Positions 42,311-50,246 of a DNA stretch of 64,000 bases are shown here, in pieces (within the stretch, counting starts at the first letter, position 1; the number at the start of each line of letters is the position of its first letter). Both the position numbers and the translations under genes were made by a program. Source of the stretch: an uncultured Verrucomicrobiaceae bacterium (GTDB lineage: Bacteria; Pseudomonadota; Gammaproteobacteria; Pseudomonadales; CAMLJR01); contig CAZWBA010000014.1 of the NCBI GenBank assembly GCA_964631955.1, positions 8,027 to 72,026 on the forward strand. The letters are read 5' to 3'. The notes beneath the pieces were generated by a model that searched no databases, was not told where the DNA came from, and saw only the letters and a program-made list of their open reading frames with translations.

Positions 42311-42332
42311 AACCCCCTCATTGGGGGTTTTT
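42311..42332 (+). terminator. rho-independent terminator about 170 nt after rtcA
   Basis: AACCCCC-TCATT-GGGGGTT hairpin plus T-run. Confidence 0.65.
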
Positions 42333-42463
42333 GCTTTATGAGATCATATTTATTAAATAGATTGAGAGTTTAGAATAATAAAATGAAAGGAAAAAGGTGT
42401 CTGGAGAGGGAGAGGCTGTAAGTCTTTATTAAATATTGAAGAAACGGTGTGAGGGTGCTTGCA

Positions 42464-44698
42464 ATGAGTGGACAATGGATTCGCGAGCCTGCTAACGGAA
42501 CTACCATAATTTTCGTTCACGGAATTATTTCTGATGGTGAAAAATGCTGGACCAATGACAATGGTACTCATTGGGCAAGGTTGCTCAGTGAGGAGCACGA
42601 ACTTGGTCCTGTTGGTATTTATAACTTTACGTACTACACGGCCATTGCCAGTGGCACGTATAGCATTGGAGATGCCGTTGATTCACTTCGAGAGGAGTTG
42701 CGACTCAATAAAGTCATCTCACGATCTAAGAACTGGATCTTCGTATGCCACAGCATGGGCGGCATCGTCGTGCGCCGATTTCTGGTTGCTAATGTTATTG
42801 ATCTTAAGGAGAAGGGCATTTCAGTTGGTCTCTTCTTTGTTGCATCACCATCTCTAGGTTCCAGGTATGCAAATCTGCTTGAAAGTATTATTAATCTCTT
42901 TGGGCACATTCAGGCTGAGGCACTGAAATTCTCTCAGTCGAATACGTGGCTAAACGACCTCGATAAAGACTTCCTGAATTTGAAGGAGAAGGCACACCTT
43001 AAAATTCGTGGTAAGGAGATCGTTGAGGATAAGTTTTTTGTTCTGACAAGGTTTTTTCGGCGACAGGTAGTTGAACGCTTTTCGGGTGCAAGATATTTTC
43101 AAGAGCCCGTTGTGATTCCAAAGTCGGACCATATGTCCATTGCTAAGCCTAATGATCAAAGTGCTTTTCAACATCGATTACTTAAGCAGTTTGTGCTTGA
43201 TTGCATTGATGATTGGCGACCGTCTTGTGAAGATTCTGCTGCGCAAGATGAGCACGCCGTTGCATTTTTTAAAAAAGCGCTTGAAATTCCTACTGACGCC
43301 ATTGTCTGGAATGATGCGGAATATGATCACCTTCTAAAAGATTTTTGGGGGTCTGATCCAATACGTGGAAACCAAGCGCTAGAGGCACTACTTAAGCGTG
43401 GCGATGAAGGTGAGGAGCATGTTTTCCGCAATAAACTGTTTGTAGGGACTACACAAGTTTATCGTCGTTGGATGCAATATATTCATGCGCGGCATGAAAC
43501 TTGTGGAAATCGCTTGTTAAAGTTGGTGCAGGAAACTAATGCTTGGTTTGGCGACCGGATGATAGCTGCGCAACTTATGTGCGGTCTTCCTCGAAGCACT
43601 CCGATGCAAGATCCCCTCTACATGCTAACTCGTCAGTACTTCGACCACTCAGCAGATTCGCGAAATTGTTTAGAGCCTACAGATAACTTTCATATTGATA
43701 ATGATGGTGCTCACGCTTCAATGCTGGCATATGCGTGTGCCGGTGGCAGTGGCGTTCACATGTGGAAGTGTGCAGCTGGATCTAAAACTGGTTGGGAGAA
43801 AGTACGTACAACAGGGTTCGAGGCCGCCTGCTATTCGTTTGCGCGAGGGAATATTGATTCACAATCTACTATTTTTAATTTTCTAACGCACGCAACGAAT
43901 GATGACGATTACGAGCACCGAATGATTGAATTGGATAAATTTGAGATAGATCTGCCAGAGGGGTGTGAGGGAATCTCTCTGCAAGAATGCTGGGCTCAGG
44001 CCCACTTGGAGTCGTTTGTGAGATGGATGAGAAGTGATGTCATCGATGAGCTTCTCTTGTCGTGGGCAAGACATCCGCACGTTCGCGTTCGCAATTTCTG
44101 CGCTCAAATCTTGGAAAAATTGACCCTCCCTAGAACAGAAAAGGAACTTCTTGATTGGGTGTCGCGAGAGACAAATGATGATGTTCGCCTCAGTGTGCAG
44201 AATGCACTATTCAATGTGCAATGCTTTTCAAAAAATCCCAAGTTTTTAAAAGAGGCCTCATTGGGAGAAAGCAATGCGAGTAATGAATATATGGTAATGC
44301 TGGCAAAACACGGCCATCGCCATCCCTCCGTGGGAAAAAAGATGTGTTCTGTAAATTGGTTTGATCGCGCGATGGCCGCTTTAGCGTGCGGCTATTTATC
44401 AGATCAGGAGCTGCTTGGGGATACGACAGATTTGTTGCAGGGCATTGAGTATCCGATGCAAAGCGTATTGATAAATTGTGCTCTTGCGTTAGCGGGGCGT
44501 AAGGATCGCCAGCTAAGTTTGCATTTGATACTGAGTAGGGCTGGGGATATGACTAATGATTACGAGCGTCTACTTGATGTTCGAAGGTTGAAACCCCCGC
44601 TGAAGCTCGCAATTCTTGATGCATTGAAAGCGGACGCTCGTGACGATGAAATCAATGCTTGGCAGATAGAGTTAGGACCGATCAGCTTACCCGCTTGA
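42464..44698 (+). CDS. alpha/beta-hydrolase (lipase/esterase-like) fused to HEAT-like repeats
   Basis: N-terminus TIIFVHGIISDG ... FVCHSMGGIVVRRFL (nucleophile elbow) ... KSDHMSIAKP. C-terminus HPHVRVRNFCAQILEKL and NDDVRLSVQNALFNV HEAT-type repeats. Start at ATG 42464 (the track starts at GTG 42449). Confidence 0.65.
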   Translation: MSGQWIREPANGTTIIFVHGIISDGEKCWTNDNGTHWARLLSEEHELGPVGIYNFTYYTAIASGTYSIGDAVDSLREELRLNKVISRSKNWIFVCHSMGGIVVRRFLVANVIDLKEKGISVGLFFVASPSLGSRYANLLESIINLFGHIQAEALKFSQSNTWLNDLDKDFLNLKEKAHLKIRGKEIVEDKFFVLTRFFRRQVVERFSGARYFQEPVVIPKSDHMSIAKPNDQSAFQHRLLKQFVLDCIDDWRPSCEDSAAQDEHAVAFFKKALEIPTDAIVWNDAEYDHLLKDFWGSDPIRGNQALEALLKRGDEGEEHVFRNKLFVGTTQVYRRWMQYIHARHETCGNRLLKLVQETNAWFGDRMIAAQLMCGLPRSTPMQDPLYMLTRQYFDHSADSRNCLEPTDNFHIDNDGAHASMLAYACAGGSGVHMWKCAAGSKTGWEKVRTTGFEAACYSFARGNIDSQSTIFNFLTHATNDDDYEHRMIELDKFEIDLPEGCEGISLQECWAQAHLESFVRWMRSDVIDELLLSWARHPHVRVRNFCAQILEKLTLPRTEKELLDWVSRETNDDVRLSVQNALFNVQCFSKNPKFLKEASLGESNASNEYMVMLAKHGHRHPSVGKKMCSVNWFDRAMAALACGYLSDQELLGDTTDLLQGIEYPMQSVLINCALALAGRKDRQLSLHLILSRAGDMTNDYERLLDVRRLKPPLKLAILDALKADARDDEINAWQIELGPISLPA

Positions 44699-44758
44699 GC
44701 TGCCTCGCTTTATTTAGAAGATGTAGTCGCATTAATCTGACTATATCATTGAGTTAAG

Positions 44759-45388
44759 TTAAAGCACTTTTAATGAGTTGATCTCATCCACGATATTTTG
44801 ACGTGCTCTAGCTTCATACTTTTCGAAGAACCAGCTCGTTTTATAAATCTGGCTCTGCTTCAGCACAGACTCAAGGAAACTTCTCCTTCCGATTCCATAG
44901 AGGGTTTTTGGTACGGAACGAAATTCGTTTTCGACTTGCCGACAATATTCCTCGTATTTAGCTTGGGTCTCACCCAGGATTGCCATATCGGCATCAAGAA
45001 TAATTAACATCTCGTCGGAAATTGCTTCGGCTTTATGATCTTTGGTCGCAAGAATAATATCGACAGCCCTATTCGTAACCGAACACTCGATGCCTAATTG
45101 GTTCATTGCATTTTTTGCGTGCTCTGCACTTCGCGCTTCATTGGTATTCTCGCCGGGTTCATAAATATAGTCGTGGTACCAAACAGCCCAAAGCCCCGCA
45201 GGACTATCAAAGCCAATATCCTTAAGAAGCAGTAATACATGCTCAAGGTGTTTTAGTGTGTGGTAGTGTCGGTGTGGTTCAGAGTAGGCGCGGCAAATAC
45301 TCATAAACTCAACTTGCCCCTCTGCTGGCGGGATTCCGGACAGCCGCATCAAATGTTTCCACTCTTTTCTCAACTCTATCATTGCCAT
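44759..45388 (-). CDS. HD-superfamily metal-dependent phosphohydrolase (COG4339-like)
   Basis: 209-aa ORF; HRHYHTLKHLEHV ... WYHDYIYEP (H...HD pattern). Confidence 0.7.
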   Translation of the reverse strand: MAMIELRKEWKHLMRLSGIPPAEGQVEFMSICRAYSEPHRHYHTLKHLEHVLLLLKDIGFDSPAGLWAVWYHDYIYEPGENTNEARSAEHAKNAMNQLGIECSVTNRAVDIILATKDHKAEAISDEMLIILDADMAILGETQAKYEEYCRQVENEFRSVPKTLYGIGRRSFLESVLKQSQIYKTSWFFEKYEARARQNIVDEINSLKVL

Positions 45389-45681
45389 TTGAACTCCTCG
45401 GCCTCATCGAGAATTGATTCAAGCAAATTCATCGGTGACTGATCGCCCATTCGGTATATCCACATCTTTCCAAATTTATTTCTGACGATTTCGCGGTCAA
45501 TTAAAGCGATCTTTTTGTCACCCGATAATTGGGCCGCTAAGCGTTCTTGGATTTGGTGTGAGCTTAAGCCCCTTTGAGTTAAGCGCGTGTTTTGCTCATC
45601 GAGCGTAACGTCGCAAAGTATGCAACGGTAGTTACATTGACCTGCTCCCCCTAAACAGCGAAGGAAATTACATGCATCCAA
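45379..45681 (-). CDS. small Cys-rich protein whose C-terminal half resembles the C-terminus of dephospho-CoA-kinase-like P-loop kinases (no Walker A; possible remnant)
   Basis: 100-aa ORF; CDVTLDEQNTRLTQRGLSSHQIQERLAAQLSGDKKIALIDREIVRN versus the CoaE-type ...VD.P.E.Q..RL..R.GLS...A..R...Q....E....AD.VI.N pattern. ATGGCAATGA overlap with the HD gene. Confidence 0.35.
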   Translation of the reverse strand: MDACNFLRCLGGAGQCNYRCILCDVTLDEQNTRLTQRGLSSHQIQERLAAQLSGDKKIALIDREIVRNKFGKMWIYRMGDQSPMNLLESILDEAEEFKWQ

Positions 45682-45722
45682 ACTAAATTTTAATGTGACA
45701 GTTGATAAACGGTACTAAAGGG

Positions 45723-46559
45723 TTATGCATTCTCTTTAAGATTTCTATCTTTTTTCTTCATGTAATTAATAAAGTTTTTCTTTTGATTGCCAGTTTTTAT
45801 ACCATGCAAATAATAATCGCCACTACAAACTAGCCAGAGTATTTTATCTACAGAATATGGTGTCACGTTGTTAGACGTCGCGATTTCTTCCATGATTTCT
45901 AATGACAGATAGTCGGCCTTAGAGGATTGTTTGGTTGCATTTTGTAAAATGCCTAACTCAATAAAAATATCTTTAATATGTGTATCTGGCTTTCCAAATT
46001 GGACATACCCAACTTCTTTTAAAAAATCACAGGCCAACGCAAATCCTATGCCGGCAATCTCATAACTAAGCAACATTGGTAAAAAAGGCTTTATTCTGGG
46101 ATCTTTGTAATGTTGATCCAAAAACGCATAAAATTCAGCGTGGCTATTAAACTTATTTAAAAATCGAGCTGATGAAAGAATGGTATTACAATAACGAAAC
46201 CACAATTTCCTTTTTTCGGGATGCGGCTCACGGTTTAAAGTTGGAAGGATTTTTGAAAAGAGCGCAACATCGCTAAGATTTCCGTAATTATTTACAACTT
46301 CCTTCGGAGTAAATTGGAATAGAAAATTACCAAGCGGCGTTATATTTCCTTTCTCTCCACTGATGGCTTTTCCAATTACGTTTGGGCTCATTTGAACATT
46401 TTGTGCTGACTTTAACAGCAGTTCATATAGTCCATTGATCGAAGAGGGTTTTTGCCCTTCTCCTGGTGTTAAATATTTTTGTATTTCTTGGGGGCTTAAT
46501 TTAGATCCACCCTTCTGCACAATAAAATTTAGAGCCTCTGTATATAATTGATTCTTCAT
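45723..46559 (-). CDS. HhH-GPD superfamily DNA-glycosylase-like protein (tentative)
   Basis: 278-aa ORF. IAGIGFALACDFLKEVGYVQFGKPDTHIKDIF resembles the helix-hairpin-helix plus (V)DTH(V/I) element of endonuclease III / 3mA glycosylases. A later YSVDKILWLV provides a candidate catalytic Asp. Confidence 0.45.
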   Translation of the reverse strand: MKNQLYTEALNFIVQKGGSKLSPQEIQKYLTPGEGQKPSSINGLYELLLKSAQNVQMSPNVIGKAISGEKGNITPLGNFLFQFTPKEVVNNYGNLSDVALFSKILPTLNREPHPEKRKLWFRYCNTILSSARFLNKFNSHAEFYAFLDQHYKDPRIKPFLPMLLSYEIAGIGFALACDFLKEVGYVQFGKPDTHIKDIFIELGILQNATKQSSKADYLSLEIMEEIATSNNVTPYSVDKILWLVCSGDYYLHGIKTGNQKKNFINYMKKKDRNLKENA

Positions 46560-46596
46560 ATATGCCTAGATGCATCAAAAATGGGTTATTGGCTTT

Positions 46597-47154
46597 TCAT
46601 GTTGTTGAGTGAAGGCAATCGACAAACTCATCAATGAGCTGCGTGATCTCATATTTTCCGGACCAATCGTGCCATTTTGCTATTGATCCATAAATGGATG
46701 GAGTCTGAAATACTCCGTGTTTTACTAATGGTCCTCCAACACCCCATTTAGAAATGATGAAATCATCCTTCTGTAGCATGCCAATGTGTTGAGGCTTTAA
46801 ATTTTCCCAATACGTTACAAAGCTAGCTTTCGATTTTTCCGTGGCAATAAAAAAGCCGCCCTTTATAAGCCATTCAAGAAATTTCATATCTATTTCAGAT
46901 ACTTTATGAAAATCTCGAAACCTCATGTATGTGTTGTATCGTTCAACGCTATCTTCTAAACAATTAGTACAATATTGCAAGCAGGTATAGGGAAGCTGCG
47001 GATCGGGTGTCGAGATAATCTTGAATTGCTCACCAAAAATAGAGCATTCTCGTTGAAGTTCAGAACACAAAACGCTCGGTGATTTTTCTCCTTGCATTAT
47101 TTCAGTAATTTTCTTCCTGACATAATACATAGAGAACCCCGGTGGTAATTGCAC
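46597..47154 (-). CDS. hypothetical protein (first gene of the four-gene minus-strand cassette)
   Basis: 185-aa ORF (a more likely ATG at 47130 gives MYYVRKK...); no motif recognised; 37-nt gap to the next gene. Confidence 0.5.
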   Translation of the reverse strand: MQLPPGFSMYYVRKKITEIMQGEKSPSVLCSELQRECSIFGEQFKIISTPDPQLPYTCLQYCTNCLEDSVERYNTYMRFRDFHKVSEIDMKFLEWLIKGGFFIATEKSKASFVTYWENLKPQHIGMLQKDDFIISKWGVGGPLVKHGVFQTPSIYGSIAKWHDWSGKYEITQLIDEFVDCLHSTT

Positions 47155-47324
47155 TGTTGTAAATTGATAAGACTTTTATTTATTATTGTTCAAGAAAATT
47201 TTTGGAACATATAATCGCCAGTTAGCCACATAATCAGGTTCACCCATTTCGTGTGCGAGATAAAAATCAAATTCCATTGGAAGTTCCCGCCATGCGATTC
47301 GAGATATTTAGTAATCTGCCTAAA

Positions 47325-47690
47325 TTATTCATCTCCTGCATCAGAACCGGCAGCGTTCTTGATTGACACGAACTGCCCATCGATCATTTTGCCCGTCACG
47401 CGATTGCCATTGGCATCAACTCGATCAATGTAGCCAGGTAATGCGCTGGCTTCGTATTGAAGCGGCGATGGATTGGAGGCTGCACTAATAAAAGGAGCAT
47501 TCGGGTGTTGGGCTACTGCTGAAAACACAATGTCAGGATCGATTCGTGGCGATGGTCCTACTTCAATGCTGACGCGAGCGCCCTGTCCTATTGCAACAAG
47601 ATCTTTTGGTGATAGAACGTGAGCAAGGCGACGGCCGATCGACGCCCAGAATTCGATTTGGCTAGGAGCTGATCTATGCGAAGCCCTGCC
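47325..47690 (-). repeat. diverged direct repeat (ParD-like gene body), partner at 49540-49893
   Basis: Nucleotide alignment by eye: most positions identical across about 350 nt. Confidence 0.8.
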
Positions 47691-47750
47691 CTCTATCTCG
47701 GCCGCTGCGATTAGCTCTGAATTAAGACGAATAGGACGGCTGGTAGGCAT
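47325..47750 (-). CDS. ParD-like (RHH) antitoxin-family protein, copy 1
   Basis: 141-aa ORF; PIRLNSELIAAAEIEGRASHRSAPSQIEFWASIGRRL resembles the ParD_like family N-terminus; paralogue at 49540-49965. Confidence 0.6.
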   Translation of the reverse strand: MPTSRPIRLNSELIAAAEIEGRASHRSAPSQIEFWASIGRRLAHVLSPKDLVAIGQGARVSIEVGPSPRIDPDIVFSAVAQHPNAPFISAASNPSPLQYEASALPGYIDRVDANGNRVTGKMIDGQFVSIKNAAGSDAGDE

Positions 47751-48030
47751 AGGGCTATCTCTTGCACCAATTTGTAGCGCTTTGCTACAGATTGATTATA
47801 GATCGCTCTATGAGGAAAAATTAAGCTGTTGTTGTGATTGGGTTTTCGCGCGTTATGAGATTGAGGACAGATTTAGCTAGTTCGAGTGAGATTTTCGAGT
47901 CGCCTGTTCATCTCATCCAGAGTGAAAAACAAATAGGATTCAAAGAACTAGGATTGTCATGCGGAATGAGATTCGACATCTGGGATTGCACAAAAGTTGG
48001 GTCTGATTTGCATGTAAATTGGGTAAAAAA

Positions 48031-48052
48031 GGTCGGCATTGCCGGCCTTTTT
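48031..48052 (+). terminator. hairpin terminator (A-run/T-run symmetric, could work on either strand)
   Basis: AAAAAA-GGTCGGC-ATT-GCCGGCC-TTTTT. Confidence 0.55.
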
Positions 48053-48322
48053 CATTTTTAAATCAAGTGCTTACTGTCAGCGATAACCATCAGTTCAAAC
48101 ATTCGCCCGCAAATGTCCCCTATAAATCCAATTGCAAAAATGATGTGTTTAGGGGTTTTTGCCATTGATCTAATATATAAACCAGTAAATAAGATGATAA
48201 AAATATCACATGAATATAGTAATTATCTTGATACTATCTAGCATTAATCTATTGTATTTTATGGAAAATACATATAATCGCTTAAGCGATAAACTGATAT
48301 TTAAACTGAGAAAGTAACTGAT

Positions 48323-49543
48323 ATGGCTATTGTGCCCAGCCTGACGCCGTACCTCCCTCGCCAAGGCGTTGCAACCATGATGGCTTTGCAAGATAAGGCA
48401 TTGGTGCTGTCGAATGCTGCGGCTGAATTAGGAGGAATGCTGGCGCCCACCGTCAGGCAGGTGCTGACCAAACACATGGAGGTCATCAATAGCTATTACT
48501 CCAACTTAATAGAAGGGCATCACACTGAGCCGCGAGAGGTTCGTGCTGCTCAAAGTGGCGATTACAGCGAAGACCCGTTCAAGCGAAACCTCCAGCTTGA
48601 GTCACTGGCCCATATTCGGGCACAGCAATACCTGTGGGAGCGAGCGGATGCGCTTTCCTATCAAGCCCCGGAGACGCTGCTGAAGATCCACGAGCAGGTG
48701 TTTGCCGGCCTGCCTGATGAAATGTTGATGGTGACTGGAAATGATGGCCGGCAAATTCGGGCGGTGCCGGGCAGATTCAGAGAATGCGACGTTGATATAG
48801 GGCGGCATCTCCCGCCACCACATGCTGAGCTTACTCAATATCTTGATGCTTTTGCTGAGGCCTATGATGTGAGCCGGCATGGTGGTGTCGATAAAATCCT
48901 GGCCGTCATGGCGGCGCATCACCGTCTTGTCTGGATACACCCTTTCATTGATGGTAATGGCCGTGTCGCGCGGTTGCATACCGACCTAGGCTTAAAGCAG
49001 GTCGGTGTGAAAGCCGTGGGTATCTGGTGTTTAAGTCGAGGACTGGCAAGGCGCGTGGCGGAATATAAACGCTGTTTGCAGGATGCCGATGCAGATCGGC
49101 AAGGCGATGGTGGTGGCAGGGGTGCCCGCTCTGAAAAGGCATTGATTGTGTTCATCGACTTCATGCTGGATACAGCCCTGGATCAGGTGCGGTATATCGG
49201 AGATTTACTGAAACCTGACGGTATGCGACAACGAATAGAAGCCTATGTGACTCACCGCGGCACGGGTTTGGCTGGCCGAGGATTACCGTCGTTGAAGAAG
49301 GAAGCGATACCGGTATTGCAGCATGCTTTTGTACTGGGCGAGATACAGCGCAAGGATATGGAGCAGCTTTCAGGGCTTTCGCTCCCTTCTGCTCGAAAAC
49401 TGTTTCAGCAGCTGAAGGAGGAGGGTCTTCTGACCGAGACCAGCAATCGCTCACCGCTGTACTGGGCGATACCGGAACACGCAGAGCCCTGGTACTTTCC
49501 TGATCTTTCGGCACCCGCCGCGAAAGTATTGGGGGCTGGTTAA
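48323..49543 (+). CDS. Fic-domain protein (AMPylase/adenylyltransferase family)
   Basis: 406-aa ORF with canonical Fic motif HPFIDGNGRVARL; C-terminal winged-helix-like tail. Confidence 0.88.
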   Translation: MAIVPSLTPYLPRQGVATMMALQDKALVLSNAAAELGGMLAPTVRQVLTKHMEVINSYYSNLIEGHHTEPREVRAAQSGDYSEDPFKRNLQLESLAHIRAQQYLWERADALSYQAPETLLKIHEQVFAGLPDEMLMVTGNDGRQIRAVPGRFRECDVDIGRHLPPPHAELTQYLDAFAEAYDVSRHGGVDKILAVMAAHHRLVWIHPFIDGNGRVARLHTDLGLKQVGVKAVGIWCLSRGLARRVAEYKRCLQDADADRQGDGGGRGARSEKALIVFIDFMLDTALDQVRYIGDLLKPDGMRQRIEAYVTHRGTGLAGRGLPSLKKEAIPVLQHAFVLGEIQRKDMEQLSGLSLPSARKLFQQLKEEGLLTETSNRSPLYWAIPEHAEPWYFPDLSAPAAKVLGAG

Positions 49544-49893
49544 TAAGAACCGGCTACGTTCTTCATTGATACAAACTGCCCATCAATCATTTTGCCCGTC
49601 ACGCGGCTGCCATCGGCATCAACTCGATCAATGTAACCAGGTAATGCGCTGGCTTCATATTGAAATGGCGCTGGACTGGCAGCCGTACTCATAAAAGGAG
49701 CATTCTGGTGTTGGGCCACTGCTGAAAACACGATGTCCGGATCTATCCGTGGCGATGGCCTTGCCTCAATGCTGATACGAGCGCCCTGTCCTATTGCAAC
49801 AAGGTCTTTCGGTGAAAGAACGGGAGCAAGGTGCCGACCAATCGATGCCCAAAATTCGATTTGGCTGGAAACGGATCTATGCGAAGCCCTGCC
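49540..49893 (-). repeat. diverged direct repeat, partner of 47325-47690
   Basis: Same as its partner. Confidence 0.8.
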
Positions 49894-49965
49894 TTCATCA
49901 TCCAAGTCTAGATTGGCGACAGGTAGCAATAAGGGACTATCGCCGTCATCCGGTAGGCGACTCAT
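49540..49965 (-). CDS. ParD-like protein, copy 2 (N-terminal strand region diverged)
   Basis: 141-aa ORF colinear with copy 1 from GRASHRS onward; stop overlaps the fic stop (TTAA). Confidence 0.55.
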   Translation of the reverse strand: MSRLPDDGDSPLLLPVANLDLDDEGRASHRSVSSQIEFWASIGRHLAPVLSPKDLVAIGQGARISIEARPSPRIDPDIVFSAVAQHQNAPFMSTAASPAPFQYEASALPGYIDRVDADGSRVTGKMIDGQFVSMKNVAGSY

Positions 49966-49970
49966 TCGAG

Positions 49971-50246
49971 CTAGACATCCTGTTCAAGGTATTTTGTCGC
50001 ACCGGAGCATAACACCGATGGTTCAAAACCATCGCGCAGTAATTCAAGCGGTGAAATCTTTGTCGTCTCGTAATTCGAAAGGCAAAAAATGACCCGACTG
50101 GTCGCATCACGGTCAGCCAATGCACCAAGCAATTCGCGCAGCCCGGGTAGCACTTCTCGCTTATCAAGATCGAACTGCGCGACCGGCAGCATCCATTCGC
50201 CCCCTCGCTGCCGTACGCATGAGGGAGCGATTGTCGCTCTGCGCAT
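49971..50246 (-). CDS. hypothetical small protein coupled to ParD-like copy 2 (possibly the 3' part of a frameshifted gene)
   Basis: 91-aa ORF ending 5 nt before the ParD-like ATG. A 54-aa ORF in another frame (from ATG about 50334) overlaps its 5' end. Confidence 0.4.
   Translation of the reverse strand: MRRATIAPSCVRQRGGEWMLPVAQFDLDKREVLPGLRELLGALADRDATSRVIFCLSNYETTKISPLELLRDGFEPSVLCSGATKYLEQDV

Noticed and set aside
47207-47218. Shared 12-mer ACATATAATCGC (also at 48269-48280) as evidence for a duplicated fic promoter
   Set aside because: The flanking sequence is unrelated. A single 12-mer match is expected by chance in a 64-kb window. It mostly reflects a TATAAT box.
47834-48061. 75-aa GTG-start ORF as a confident protein-coding gene
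   Set aside because: It has no RBS and no recognisable motif. It is kept only as part of a finding about the terminator-bounded unit.
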